Positions 28,933 through 44,679 of a stretch of DNA of 64,000 bases are shown here, piece by piece. The stretch comes from the human T2T-CHM13v2.0 reference genome, Homo sapiens. Position 1 is the first letter of the stretch. Each line of letters begins with the position of its first letter. Position numbers and translations under genes: made by a program. The stretch is taken from NCBI RefSeq assembly GCF_009914755.1, contig NC_060929.1. One strand, 5' to 3'. The notes under the pieces were generated by a model that worked only from the letters and a program-made list of their open reading frames with translations, was not told the DNA's origin and did not search any database.

Positions 28933-29484
28933 CTATCATCTCATACTGCCTCCTTTTAACCTGACCTATTTTATATACCTACAATACAGTTAATATGCAG
29001 CAGCGTAGAGAACAAATAGCATATTCATAATTTGTAATTTTGTTTTTCTTTTTACGGCACCCTTAAGTCTCAGTAATATTTTAAAAGTCCTCTATAAGCC
29101 AAAAGAACGTTGTAACATATCCATTTATTAAGGAGTTAGGCCTAAACATAGTAATAGTAGTCCATTCCATGTCCAACAGATGTTGCTGTGTTTCTTTCAA
29201 CATTTTTCAATGTCTTGTGAGTTTAGTGAGTGGGTACAGCTGAGTTGGGGTTTAGGTGATTTCTTATGCCCAATGAACTAAAGGTATCAGTAAAAGATTA
29301 TTAGTAAACAAATTAGTTATTTATGCTCTTACTTGAATGTCAGTCATTCATTTTATCTCTCGTCTTTGAGATACACACATTAAAACTTATGTGCATATTT
29401 TTTTAAAGAGTAATTTCCACATAATTCCCCAAGAACTGAACTCAAATCTCCAAAAATTTTTCAGAACTCAAGCAACCAATGATT

Positions 29485-29665
29485 CACAGAGCAAATCTAC
29501 CAAAGCCCCATTTTTATTGGAACACAGGCATGCTCATTTATGTACATATTGTTTGTGGCTGCTTTTATGTTGTCAAGGCAGAGTTGAGTACTTTCAACAG
29601 AGACCATATGGACTGCAAAGCCTAAAATGTGTATCTGGACCCTTACAGTAAAACAATGACCCTGG
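29485..29665. mobile_element. MER58-like DNA transposon fragment
   Basis: ttttattggaacacaggcatgctcattt...gcagagttgagta...gcaaagcctaaaat. Confidence 0.7.
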
Positions 29666-32600
29666 GTTTTCATGGCACCCCAATGCCTTTTTGGTGACTT
29701 GCAGGAATACAGATTCCTATATTCCAGTTTGTTTTTTTTTTTTTCTCCTTAGCTTAAGGTTCGTATTCCCATTTGCTTCTGAGAAAGTTAGGAAAATTTT
29801 GTTTTATGTTGCAGATGCTCTCACAACAATAATTGTGCTGGAGATAGATACAACTTAGTGAAATTTTCCTACAGAACTAAAAACGCAAAATTGCATCACT
29901 CCTGAAGAAAAGAAATTTAGAGTATGAATTGAGTTGGTTGAGAGTAGAATTAAAAAGATTTCTAGCACTTTGAGCATGTTTTAGAAATTTGATCCTTACA
30001 TTTAAAATTATGTAAATGACATCTTTCACTGGCATTTGCTCACATTTAAGTCAATCTACAGCTGTTACTTACTAAGCTAAGAAATAAGAAGATCCCTATG
30101 GTTCTGAATCTCTCATAATATTCTGAAGTAATTTATATCAATTGAATTTTCATTAATCATTTTAGGAAATATTATGTTTTATTTTGTGGCATTATATGAC
30201 AATGACTTTCTCAACAATAGCTCAGGGAATACGCAAACAGCCAGCTCTTTTATGTAAGAAAGCCATTTTCTAATCCCCACGCTTTCCTGAGTGTTACGTA
30301 TTTTATTTCTTTGAAAAGAGAGGGCCTTGAGTAAATGCTTTCGTTTGCTTTCCTTACATATTTAGAAATCCAAGAAGGGCCCTTGTCTTAGTCTATTTCT
30401 GTCACAGAGAAATTGTTCATTCCAAAATATCCACCTTAAGGGAAGCTAGTGACCGAGATATGGAGAAAAACATAGGCATTCATGACCTTTGTGTTTCCGT
30501 TTGACTTTCAACATCTGTAACCAAAAGGTCACAAATGAAATATTTAGTAGAAAGTGCAATATCAATTTATTAGGAGTACCTAAAATTATAACTCTAAATA
30601 ATATACAGCAATATTATTGCTCTATTATTACAGCAATCAATAATATAATATAGCCACTAGGATACACTCGCTGTAGAACTCAGAACAAAAGATATCAATC
30701 TTCTGCCAGTCCGCATCATTATGTGTAGCAGAGACTTTACTGGAATGAGTGAGGGGAAAGATAACAAAATGTAGATTAGGATTCCACATTCTCCCCTGCC
30801 CATCTTCTTGATTGCTCAGTTTGAAGACGATCATTGATGGACAAATACTTTAGAAATGAATGAAGTCAATAGCTAATGTTTCTCCCAGAAACTAAACAAC
30901 ATAGTTTAGGGGATATTAGGCCTACATTCTAATCACATTGTAAGGAAGTGATTTTCTAATTTTGAAGCTTCCCAGGAGCAGCCCCCTCCAGGAACAATTT
31001 TCCCTGTGAACTTTCACTGAGAAACTATTATATGCCATGGAGGAGTCAAAGATGAATTAAATCCAATGCTATCCTCCAGGAGTGAGCTTTGTAGTTGGAG
31101 AGAAAAGCCAACCTTATAGATACAACCTGTACATATATAACCTATGCTGCATTTAGGCAGATGATAAGCCCTAGGAATGGAAAGAGGGAAAAGCTCCCTT
31201 TTGCCAGGAATGATGAAGGAAAGCTTTATGGAAACACAGGCTGTATGTGAAAGATGGGTGAATCTTTGCAGGTAGGGAAGAAGTAGGGGGCATGTCTGGC
31301 TGAGAACCGGCCTGATCATAGAGTGGAAAAATGAAAGGCAGAGGTGAAGGAAGAATACTAAATGTGAAAGGCTGAAATACACAGGGAAGTGTTGCCAGTG
31401 TGCAACAGAATCTCATCTCGTGCAAAATTGAATTAGACTTCCTTACTCCTTCCTTACTCTGGGTAGGTCCATGTGCAGCCTTTCCTCAGAGCATCTAGCC
31501 TGACATACTTGGCTCATCTGCTGTGCTTCTAAGCCAAATAAAAATCATCAAACACATCGAAGATATTTTTGGGAGTCACCAGGTTAAAGCAAAGCCTCAG
31601 TCACTGAAAGCAAAAACTGAATTGGCCAGGTCTCCACTGACAAAACAGAGTAAATGATAGTATGACAGATAATTTCAAGTTTTCCAAGACTCCAATTTCT
31701 GAAAAATGTCTCATGACTCCAAAAAATCACGTACTTCCTAAAATGTTGCCAGTGGAGGACCGAATCAAGGTTATTGCTGACCTCATTTTTTCAACCTTTT
31801 CAGTTATTTGACCTGAATAGGCAATCCCCCAGGATTTCTGATTGAATTCTACCTGAAAGTTTAGATTTTAAAAGACAACCTGTAGGAAGCTAAGTCTCAG
31901 GCAACAAAATTTAAAACCATCAGAACTTGTTTCTCCAAACATCAACCTGCTCCTGTCAAGTCCTTTTTCATCTCTCCCTTTTGTCCCTTTACATACTGTT
32001 TTGTAAGTTCCTTTTGATATCATTTATTGCAGGCAGTATTTTTACATCCATCTTCAAGAAACTTGGGAGACATTTAGACATTTAGTATGTGTACTTTTAG
32101 TTGTCTTGCCTCTTTATTTCAGATAATGCCTGTGATTAGTGAATGGCGGCATTATTCCTGAAGACAAATGAAGGAAGATAGGGAGCAAGATTGACTGTCA
32201 TTTGAATGATGGAAGAGAAGTAGAATTACTGTGAGGTTACAAAAATCGTAAGTTAGCAGACATTGAGAAAGGAAAACTTCCTACTTGGGCTTTTCAGGCT
32301 TATGTGACATTATCTGGATGTGTTTTCTAGTCTTTCCTAAAGGAGAAATTTTTATTCCTGGGTTGCTGAAAGCTTTCTGGACTAAAAGGATATAAGCAGC
32401 TCAATAGCAGCATAGAGGATTAGATTAATGGAACAGCACTGCATACAGGAAAGCTACATCTCCAATAGTTTAGGCTGCAAGTCAGTAGCCAAACACAAGA
32501 GCATGTAAGATTTGGAGGACAAAGTATAAATATTTTAAGTTTACACAACCAAGATTATAGGCTACCTTCCCAACTTCTAATTTGAAGAGCACTGAAAATG

Positions 32601-33159
32601 GAGCTGTGAACACTTCATTTTTAAAACCTGACAATATGGTGCTATTGACTACTTAATACAAAGATATATTACAATATTTTTAGGTAAATGTATTAAGTCT
32701 GGCCTGGGCATAAATGTACATACAGAAAATGTTTGTAGAGAATTCATCAAAATCATGCCCATTTGCTGTTGTAGAGCTACAGTATTCTTCAATGGTGGTG
32801 ACTGACCAGTGAGTTTCTACTTCTTACAGATGGGACACAACAGTCATGGGCTGTCTCAGCTGCCCAAAGCCTGAGGCAGACCACATGAGAGCTGTGGCTT
32901 CTTCTTGGATTCAGGTTGGATAACCCAATTCAGTAATTAAATATGTAAATTTTGGGGGGGGTTGGGGGGTGTTTTCTAGGAACTTGAAGAGTACGTGACA
33001 TTATAAAAAATGGGTGTTGGAAGACTAATTGTAGAAATTTGACCTGAGGGCCAATGTTACTTGGTGTAAGTTCACTCAGACAGACATGTCAGAACATGCC
33101 CAAAGAAGCCTATATCTTGCTGCTGGGAAATGTAAAGCAGTTGGCATGTAGAATACGAT

Positions 33160-33165
33160 AATAAA
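33160..33165 (+). terminator. CAMK4: Candidate distal CAMK4 polyadenylation signal
   Basis: AATAAA preceded by TGTA motifs and followed by CA dinucleotides and a T/GT-rich tract (ctttgcattctgtgattt). Confidence 0.6.
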
Positions 33166-33379
33166 TCATTTAAGAAACCACCAAAACTTTGCATTCTGTG
33201 ATTTCAAATGTTACCACAATTCAAGAGAGACACCATGGACATTTTTCTTACACCTGAAATGTGCAGTTGAATCACTCCTTGAGTGTTTTCCCATTCTCTC
33301 AGATAAAATTATACTTTGAGTTTCATAGCCTTTTTTTTAACACTGAGTGCTCACATATTTTCTGTTGAGTAAAATTATA

Positions 33380-33865
33380 AAATCACTAGAGTTAAAAGAG
33401 GATATTAGTAATCATTTAATCCAATAAGCTCACTTTATTAAAGAGAGCTATTATGCCCAAGAGAGGTAATGGCTTACCTAAGGTCACAGTGGCTGAAGAA
33501 GGAATAGACCAGGGTTGCCCAGCTCCTAGTCCAGTGCTCTCACTACCATTCAGGCTGCTATAATAAAATACCATAAACTGGGTGGCTTATCACAATTTAT
33601 TTCTGACATTTCTGGCACAAGTCCAAGAACAGTCCTGCAGGTTTGGTATCTATGAGTGCCTGCTTCCTCACAGAGGATGCCTTCTTGCTGTGTCCTCATA
33701 TGGCAGAAGGACCAAAGCATCTCACTTGGGCCTCTTCTATAAAGGTACTAATCACATTCATTAGGGTTACCTAATCAACTCTCAAAGCTTTTAAAACCAT
33801 TATCTTAGAGGTTAGGATTTTAACATCTGCGTTTTAGGGGAACACAAATATTCAAACCATAGTAC
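33380..33865. mobile_element. MIR (~33380-33545) adjoining an MLT1-like LTR (~33545-33865) between the convergent genes
   Basis: MIR core cctaaggtcacag. MLT1-like ggctgctataataaaataccataaactgggtggctt. Confidence 0.6.
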
Positions 33866-34353
33866 CAGATGTTTTATTAAATGAGGAAAGTAACTCCCTG
33901 CTTCACAGTCATATTTTCTATTACATACTTACCACAGCATCCCTAACTGCCTTCTTATAACATAGATCGTGGGTGTCCTTGTAATCACTTTTAGTTTTTT
34001 TCAATTCCAAACAAAATATCATAATTCCTAATCAAGGTAACACAATTATTTCAACATGTGTACAATAAATCCTGTCCATAATTTACAAAGGCACAATATA
34101 TTATTTGTTCTGAATATATAATAGCAAATAAAGTTTCAGCAGTATTGTATAACAGCTAATATTATATGAGACACTGGCAGGAGAGATCAGCATGTGTGTT
34201 GTTAATTTGACTTTCCAGGTTTATATTTTCCTTTTGTAAGAATTCAGGAAGTTAAATTACATACTTTAAATTCAGGCATATGAAACTAAATAGTACTTAA
34301 TGTTAAATTACAAAGATAATATCAATGACCAATTTTAAGAGTGTCTACAAATT

Positions 34354-34359
34354 TTTATT
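34354..34359 (-). terminator. STARD4: Candidate distal STARD4 polyadenylation signal
   Basis: TTTATT on + (AATAAA on -), with a second copy at 34393-34398. Implies a 3' end near 34330. Confidence 0.55.
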
Positions 34360-37300
34360 TTGTTTCATACCAATTTAAAAATAAATACATATTTTATTGA
34401 TACTAATACATATTATTAGTTTAATAAATATTCTAGTTTTACATATTGGTTCACAAAAGAATTATATAAACTTCTTAAAAATAAAATCTATACTATAGCT
34501 TTTATTGAACTGCAAGAGATGAATTTTAATATTTAACTATACATGTAAAATCCGTAAAAACAATACAATAATTTAAAAATTATAGTTCCAACTTCCTGTT
34601 TTTTGAAATTATTCTGATGTTTCTTCTACACTCAAGTCCCAACCTTCTCTACTTCTAGAAGTTGAATAAGAAAGACATGGAAGATACAGCAGGCAGGCAA
34701 CACAGGTTCTAGGGGAAACCTGATCAAGCCCTTAGCTTCTCTAGTTCTGTTGATTTCTCTACAGGGTAGGGATCACTACAGTCCCATTTAATTAAAAGAA
34801 ACTGGATTTAAAACACCTGATTCTAAGGACGGTGGTACACTCTTGAGAAAAGAGTTAAAGCTTTTATTTGTATGAAAGGCAATTACTCAGCCCTAAAAGC
34901 TCAACAGACAATTAAGGGCTTAAATTATACAATGTTTTCCCATCTTCTCCAGATACAACCTCAATTACATAGTTTTTTAGCTTGAGATATTAATTGAATT
35001 CAGCATGATTGTTGATAAAATGCCCTTTGGTTAGAAAAGGAGGAGGAGAGAGAAGGGAGGGGAAGGAAAAAAATTCTATTAACTAGGAGATGTTGTACAG
35101 ATAGAAATCTACAATTTCAAATATATCCAACCTGAATGAACACTGAAATAAAAAGATTTTTAAGATTTACAAGCTCCCTAGTACTTTAGCAATTTATCTT
35201 ATAGATTAGTTAACTACAGAATACTAGATTCTCATTATTTTTTTTTGAGTACTGTTTTAAACTTTAAGGGTTAACTAAGAGTTATCAACACAAACTAATA
35301 TTTCATGCAAAAGTATCACTTTTATAATAATCTTTTTCTTGTATGAAACTAATTTCCTTAAAAAATAGCTACTATATACTGAAAACAGTATTATGCCAAA
35401 TATTTCCCACATACACAAGTTTCTAATACGTACTACCTACAAGCTACAGAATAGTCAACCATTTAACAAGAAGGCAGATTATATTCTTTCATTTCACCAA
35501 CTGCCATATCAAAAGTTACTTATCTTTGAAGGAAAATATTTGCTGGCAATAATTTTATCTCATTGACAACTGATTTATATCTAAAGTTTAGATGTCCTAT
35601 TTATCAAGCAATGAAGGCTCTAGAGACTAACAAAGATTTCCATTTAAGATATTATTCCGTATTATTGTCTATTTCATCTTACTACAAGACAAATTAATAA
35701 ATATGCTATAGGACTGTGCTATTCAATACAGTATCCACTGGCCTCATGTGGCTAATGAGCACTTAAAATGTGGCTTGCCCAAATTTGTAAAATGCATACC
35801 AGATTTCAAAAAATTAGTACAAGAAATAGTACAAACTATCAGAATAAATCTTTACATCAATTACATGTTAAAATGATAACATTTTGGATGTATTGAGTTA
35901 AATAAAATATTAAAATTAACTTCAGCTGTTTATTTTTATTTTTTAATGTGGCTTCTAGAATTTTTTAATTACATATATCACTTACATTATTGTTCTATCC
36001 TACAGCATTGCTATAGAAGCAGCGGACTCAATTATTTATGTTAATATCCATCCCAACCCACATCATTAAGCTTTTTTATCATTATAGTATGAGATAACAT
36101 ATTTAATACATGATCACAAGATTCCTGAGCTTAGAATCATGAACACCTCCACTCTTAAAAATGAAACCAAACATAACCTGCTGTAATTATCCTGGCAACA
36201 GTGATAAACTTTAGATTTGTGTTAGGTATGAGTCTGCAAAAAAGACAAAAGGAATCTTTTGGAATGATGGAAACGTTCTAAATCCAGATTGTGCTGATGG
36301 CTGCATAGTTCTACATATGTATTAAAACATCACTGAATTAGATACTTAAAAGTGGGTAAATTACATAATATGTAAATTATATATCAATAAAGCTGTTTTT
36401 GTTTTTTTAAAGTACACAGCTAGAGCCCAGCAGATCTAAGGGGCCATCTAGAAGCTGCACATACATTTTAGGTGATTCAAACATAATTTTTAAATTCATC
36501 ATTCTCACAGTGAAAATGTTTCCATGAGGGTAATTTTACCTAGAGTGGGTCCATGTTTAACGGTGAATTATGTAATTACTTATTGGAGGTATATGTTGAT
36601 AAGGACAAAGAGAGCACTAGAGTAGAGATAGTGGGCAGTTTATTTGCTTTTAGGGACATCCAGTTCAGGAAATAATAGCCCTTATAGTAATGTGTACTAT
36701 CTTGTCACAAATCCCTTACTCAAGTTAGGCACCTTTGGAATTTCACCATCCTAGATAGAACAGTAGAATATGAGACTTCCTACTCTACGCTAATAAAAAC
36801 AAATAAAAAATAGATGAAGTCAAAACTAACATTTACCAATTTCCATGAGAAACTGAAACTAAACTACTGAGTTTTCTTTCACTATTGCAGAACAAAAAAA
36901 AAGAAGAAACCTAGTAATTCAAAAGTACATTCAATTTAGAAAAGGATCCTGGTAATTAATAAATCATTAAGAATATAGAATCCTTTGTGCATTCCTTCTG
37001 TCAGATCTTGATCAATCTAGATACTATGAGATAATTCACCATGAACATTGTGCTGCTGCCACCTTTTGTTTTTTGAAATCTATCATCACCAGTGGCAAAA
37101 AATAAATAAAAACAAAAGCAAAAAACAGCTCCACTGTTCCACTTTGTCAAAATGGGTATGAAGAACTTTGATTTATTCTTTCTTTACACTCAAGAAAACA
37201 CAATAAAGTAAAACACAGATCAAACTACCATGCACTTGAAACACTATGTACCTTTCTGCATTTCATGTCTTGTTTAGCATGTATTTCAGGGCTCACTTTA

Positions 37301-37699
37301 CCCATATTAACAACAACAAAACAGTAGACACAGGAATACTAACACATAAACAACTAACATTAAACACGGAAATGGATTTCGAGATGTGTGCATGTACACA
37401 AAAAAATATATACAAAGATTTGCCTGGATACCTGAATTGCCTCAAGTTCCCATTTTAGAAGTAAACTAGATGGAGAGTTCAAAACCCAAAGTCATTTAGA
37501 ATGTGAAAATCATTTAGAAATTCTCACTTAAGGCACCCACAGAATTAGGGGACCCACAATACTCAATTCTAATCATTATAAAATGATATCTAGGCACTTG
37601 GGTAAATCTAAGACTGTATTTGTTCTAGTTACAGACTGATGCTTTTAAGAGTCTCAAGATAAGTCTTGGACACCAACTGAATTCCACATTTTAAATTGG

Positions 37700-38002
37700 G
37701 GCCAGGCATGGTGGCTCACGCTTATAATCCCAACACTTTGGGAGGCTAAGGTGGGGAATGACTTGAGGCCAGGAGTTCAAGACCAGCCTGGGCAACACAG
37801 TGTGACCACATCTCTACAAAAAATTAAACAAAAATTAGCCATGCATAGTGGCGTGCACCTGTATTCCCAGCTATTCAGGAGGCTGAGGTAGAATAACCCC
37901 TTGAGCGGTCAGATCAAAGCTGCAGTGAGCTGTGATCATACCACTGCCCTCCAGCATGGGCAACAGAGTGAGAGCCTGTCTCAAAATTTAAAAAAAAAAA
38001 AG
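37700..38002 (+). mobile_element. AluJ-like, antisense within the STARD4 3'UTR
   Basis: ggccaggcatggtggctc...gaggccaggagttcaagaccagcctgggcaac...A tail. Confidence 0.9.
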
Positions 38003-38185
38003 TGAAAATGCCCTCTCTTAGATAGCTATTTACTTTAGGAATAAAACCAAACATTGTACTAGTGAACCAAAAACATTTCAAATTTTTCTACCGGCTATGC
38101 AGAAAAGTGGAATCAATGATTTTTACAGGCCATGTAGCTGAGAGAGTTGATCTGTAGTACTACAAGTTTGAATGTATTTTGCCTC

Positions 38186-38406
38186 TCATAAAGCTTTTCG
38201 TAAATCACCATAGAAGTTGGTTAAAGTGCTTGCCATGGCTGTATCTACCGCAGACTGAGGAATCATCCCACGCAGATCTGTCTGAATATATCCTGTCAAA
38301 AGACTCTGGTTTGGGTTGTCTTTAAGTGGAACACAAAACCAACCACAGGGATGGTTATATCCTCGAACAAATTCTGGTCTCTTTTCATCCCAGTCAAGAC
38401 TTATTC
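38186..38406 (-). CDS. STARD4: StAR-related lipid transfer protein 4, last coding exon (221 nt incl. TGA)
   Basis: tag acceptor. Encodes (G)[72 protein letters not shown], the START domain C-terminus. Confidence 0.96.
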
Positions 38407-39301
38407 CTATAAGGCAATTTTTAAAATAGCACTATTAATAGCAATAACTGACATAAAACTCTCATTTTAAAATATTACCAGAATTCTTATTTAAATATTT
38501 ATTATTATCCATATAGATGAAAATTAAATCCCAAAGTGACCATGGCAGAGTGAAAAAGAGACTTACCAAGGAGAATTCTGACAAGAGGTTGGCAGATAGG
38601 TAATGGGGAAACTTTTAATCCTTTCAGAATACATGACATCATATCATCTTAGTACTCCTTGGAAGCTACAAATCTTGGTTGTAGTATCCAGGCCTTGAGG
38701 TGCCAAAAATCAAATCCATGGTACCGTAACTATTCCCCACAGCGACTACCATATTATAGTTTGGTACTGGCTAGTTAAGAATAAACAAGTAGATGTTTAC
38801 TTACAACTGCTAACTTAAGTATACACTATATACAAAATAATATTAATTTACCTATAGGTACGTTTTAGAAAACAGGAGCCTTCCAATGGCAGTATTTTTA
38901 ATCTTGAAAAGAAAAATACAACACAGCTCAAGGAAGGAAGAATATTCTAAGACACACCAAATCTAGTACTTCTCTGTGTATGACCAAGAAACTGTTTTCT
39001 GAGAGTGGCTTAGAAGAAAATCCATTTACTAGAACCCTTTCTTAGAGGCAGTCATGTGATCCACATTTGCTACCTCTGACCTAGAGGATACTGTGTAACT
39101 GGGAACAAAAACTTATCAGAAGGGTTTCAAAACTCTTTTGATATTGCTATTTTACTCCCTAGAGTTTAGCACTTGCAAAAAATGTTAGTGATTACAGAGT
39201 CAGAGTTGAAAATATATCTCACAAGGAAAGAGACATCCAGCCAAGAAAACACAAATATTTAAACCATACTGAAAAAAAGCATAACATGTTGAGATTATTA
39301 C

Positions 39302-39416
39302 CACAAGATAAAAGCCCTTCTTTATAGCCCACAGTATAGGAGAAATCAACAAATTCTCTTGGGGAAATTATATTCCAAAGCTGACCAGCAGTAGTGTAAC
39401 GCATCACACAGCAATT
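39302..39416 (-). CDS. STARD4: STARD4 coding exon 5 (115 nt)
   Basis: tttttcag acceptor and gtaata donor. Encodes [38 protein letters not shown](G). Confidence 0.96.
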
Positions 39417-40261
39417 CTGAAAAAGAAGAGATAAGACAAGTGTTACTACTATAGGAAACATACATAGCTTCATATATCATAAACTTATCTCTGGAAAGAA
39501 ACTAATATTTATTTAAAATGTTTCATAATTATAATAATTCTTACACTGATTCTGACAGGTCTAGATCTCTATTCTAAATCTCACTGCTATTGGATGGCCA
39601 TGAAGAAGATATATAATCAAAATACAGAGGTACAAGTTATCCAGTATCCAAATATCTAATTAAATGCAGTTGTCTTATTCTACATAACATTCCAAATGGA
39701 ATTAGGGATGTAGACTGTTTCAGTGTTTAAGATCAAATCCACAAATACTTTGACTGCAACATCAAACATTTTAAGTAAAAAATTCAAACATTAAGCAATG
39801 AATTAATAAAAATAGAAACAGGGCAGGTCATTTTGGCTATATAATTTTAGAATATCTAAGGTGGCATTTTTATCTTTGGTCATTGATGTTGGCTTAGTAT
39901 TAATGGAAAAGCTGCACACATTCACCTAGAAACCTAAATATGATGGTGGTGTTTTCAGAATTTTAGATTTCAGAATCTTAACTAAAGTTTTACAATGAAG
40001 GATGCTGAATATAGTTTTAAGCAGCAAGGGTATAGGTACTGTGGAAAAGAAACTCAGTCTAACACTCATTAATTAGTATGAGGAAACACAAACTTTTTAA
40101 GAGGCAGCATGGGACTCCCCTGTGATATCTTTGTCGTGACTGCTATTCTCAAAGCAATGAATATAAGTGTGTACAAATGCTCATGCTCACATGCTCTGGC
40201 TCACTCATGCCCTCCCTCATGCACATACACACAGTCTAAAGTAATGTTTCTAAATAGATAC

Positions 40262-40388
40262 CTCTTCAAAGTTCTCCAGAATATCCAAAGAAGTCATCAA
40301 GCTGTCCCAATCCAAACGACAAGGCCCTGGGCGTATATGGTCTATTATACTATAGACAAGGTCATCTATAACACCTTGGGCTTTGTAG
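40262..40388 (-). CDS. STARD4: STARD4 coding exon 4 (127 nt)
   Basis: ttttctccag acceptor and gtatct donor. Encodes [42 protein letters not shown]. Confidence 0.96.
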
Positions 40389-40461
40389 CTGGAGAAAAAA
40401 AGTTTAAGTCAACCGCTGTTACAATAAAAAAATTTCAGCATACCCTTATAGTGCATAGCTA

Positions 40462-41173
<712 letters not shown>

Positions 41174-41399
41174 CTACCGGTTACTGTTATCAGCATGTAC
41201 CCTTCGTCCTCAAATCTAATAAGAGAACTGAGGGCTATACTACGTGTCATAATGAAGATAATAAAGTCCCTTCATGTAATAACATAGCCAAAAACAGTTT
41301 ATAGAATGCCATAAGGTTTCCACTTATTTTTATATTCTTTCCTCAGTTATCCTCTGACATACTAGTACATGAATATTTTTACCCTGACTTTTTAAAACT

Positions 41400-42900
<1,501 letters not shown>

Positions 42901-44218
42901 CCTTTTTTTTAAAAAAGCATGTGAAGCTATTTAATCATTTTATAACTCAAGCCAAACTTATATTATCTCCCCCACCATAAATCTGCTCTCTCATCTTGTA
43001 TTCTTTAACTTGGGGTAGAAGGAGGTAAAACAAATTAATCTAGTCAAATTAGAAAATCTTAGATTCAACTATGGCTCTTCTTCTTCTCTTAACCCCATTT
43101 CCATAGTCAGAACTTATCAGTCACTATGGTTTTATCAGGACGATTTCCTAAATGTAAAGTACTTAGAACAATATTTGGCTCTCAATAAACGTTGGTTATC
43201 ATTGCCACCACCATCGCTATCATTAAATCTTTCACATGCATTTGCCCTTTTTGACTTCTGTGCTGCGGCCTCAGTTACAGCACTTTGTGTCCAACTCAAC
43301 ACATCAGGTCCTACCTCTTTTGATCACATATCCCTTTAAGACTCTGAAAAAAAAAAAACCAGTGTTTCTCATATGTGTTTATGCAGTAGATATGCAATTC
43401 CTTCTGCCTAGAACATGAACTCTTTCATTCCTTAAGAAATACTTATTCTTCCCTTAAGTGTTAGCTCAAACATTAGTTCTCTATGAAGTCTTTTCAGATC
43501 TCCAAGCATAAAGCTCCCTTGACACTCGTGATATTTTCAACCCTCACTGGGAATTACTAATTTAAAGAATTAACTTCCATACTTGCTTACAATGCTTAAT
43601 CCAACTCCAATTTCCCTGTCCTCATCATAAATATTGTAAAATTCATCTTTCTGGAAATGTTATCTTTGGCATTACACTTCAGAACATTCTGTATATACTA
43701 ACAGGGTCCAGCAGTTTTATTTTGAAAAATGGCTGAGTCTTAAGGATGTGAACATTCTACTCCAAGTATGCAAGGCAGTTGTCTCTACAAGCTTTAAAAA
43801 ACAATATATTATTTTCTTATGTTATTAAATAATCTTCAAAAATGTGGTTTTTAAAGGCTATAGCATATTCTATCACAAATGTTTCCTACTGAATTGTCTC
43901 CTCCTATTGATTATTCAGGTTTATAATTTTTAATATTATAAATAATGCTGTGATAGAAGAGCAAGTACTTAAATCACTGTTATCTTTCTGATAAATTCTT
44001 CAAGATAAGTTCCTAAGATAAAATGTTCTACAGCACTGAGTAAATGTAGAATATTAGAAGGGTCATGTATACAATGCTAAGAAATTCAGATTTTAGCAGT
44101 CATTTTATATCATTATTTATGACCTCCTCACCACCAACTCAGTCTACAAAGGACACGGACATTTTTAAGGCTCTGAATTCATAAGCCCAATTTGCTTTCC
44201 GGAAAGTTAAAAAAAAAT

Positions 44219-44538
<320 letters not shown>

Positions 44539-44629
44539 CTAAATCTTACTAGCAATGACTACTTAGTGACAATGGATATAAGTTTTGAAATGTCTTAAGA
44601 GCTGTGTAAGTCTATAAAAAGTTACTTAC

Positions 44630-44679
44630 AGATATCCATTAAATTCTTCTGAGGGTTTTCTCCAAACAGTTACATCTTT
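44630..44679 (-). CDS. STARD4: STARD4 coding exon 3 (50 nt)
   Basis: tttttctag acceptor and gtaagt donor. Encodes KDVTVWRKPSEEFNGY(L). Confidence 0.95.

Larger units (their letters stand above)
34330..38185 (-). other. STARD4: STARD4 3'UTR (~3.9 kb) containing MER33-like (~35710-36015), L1M 3' (~36220-36400) and Alu fragments
   Basis: Lies downstream of the TGA at 38186-38188. End inferred from poly(A) signals. Confidence 0.55.
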
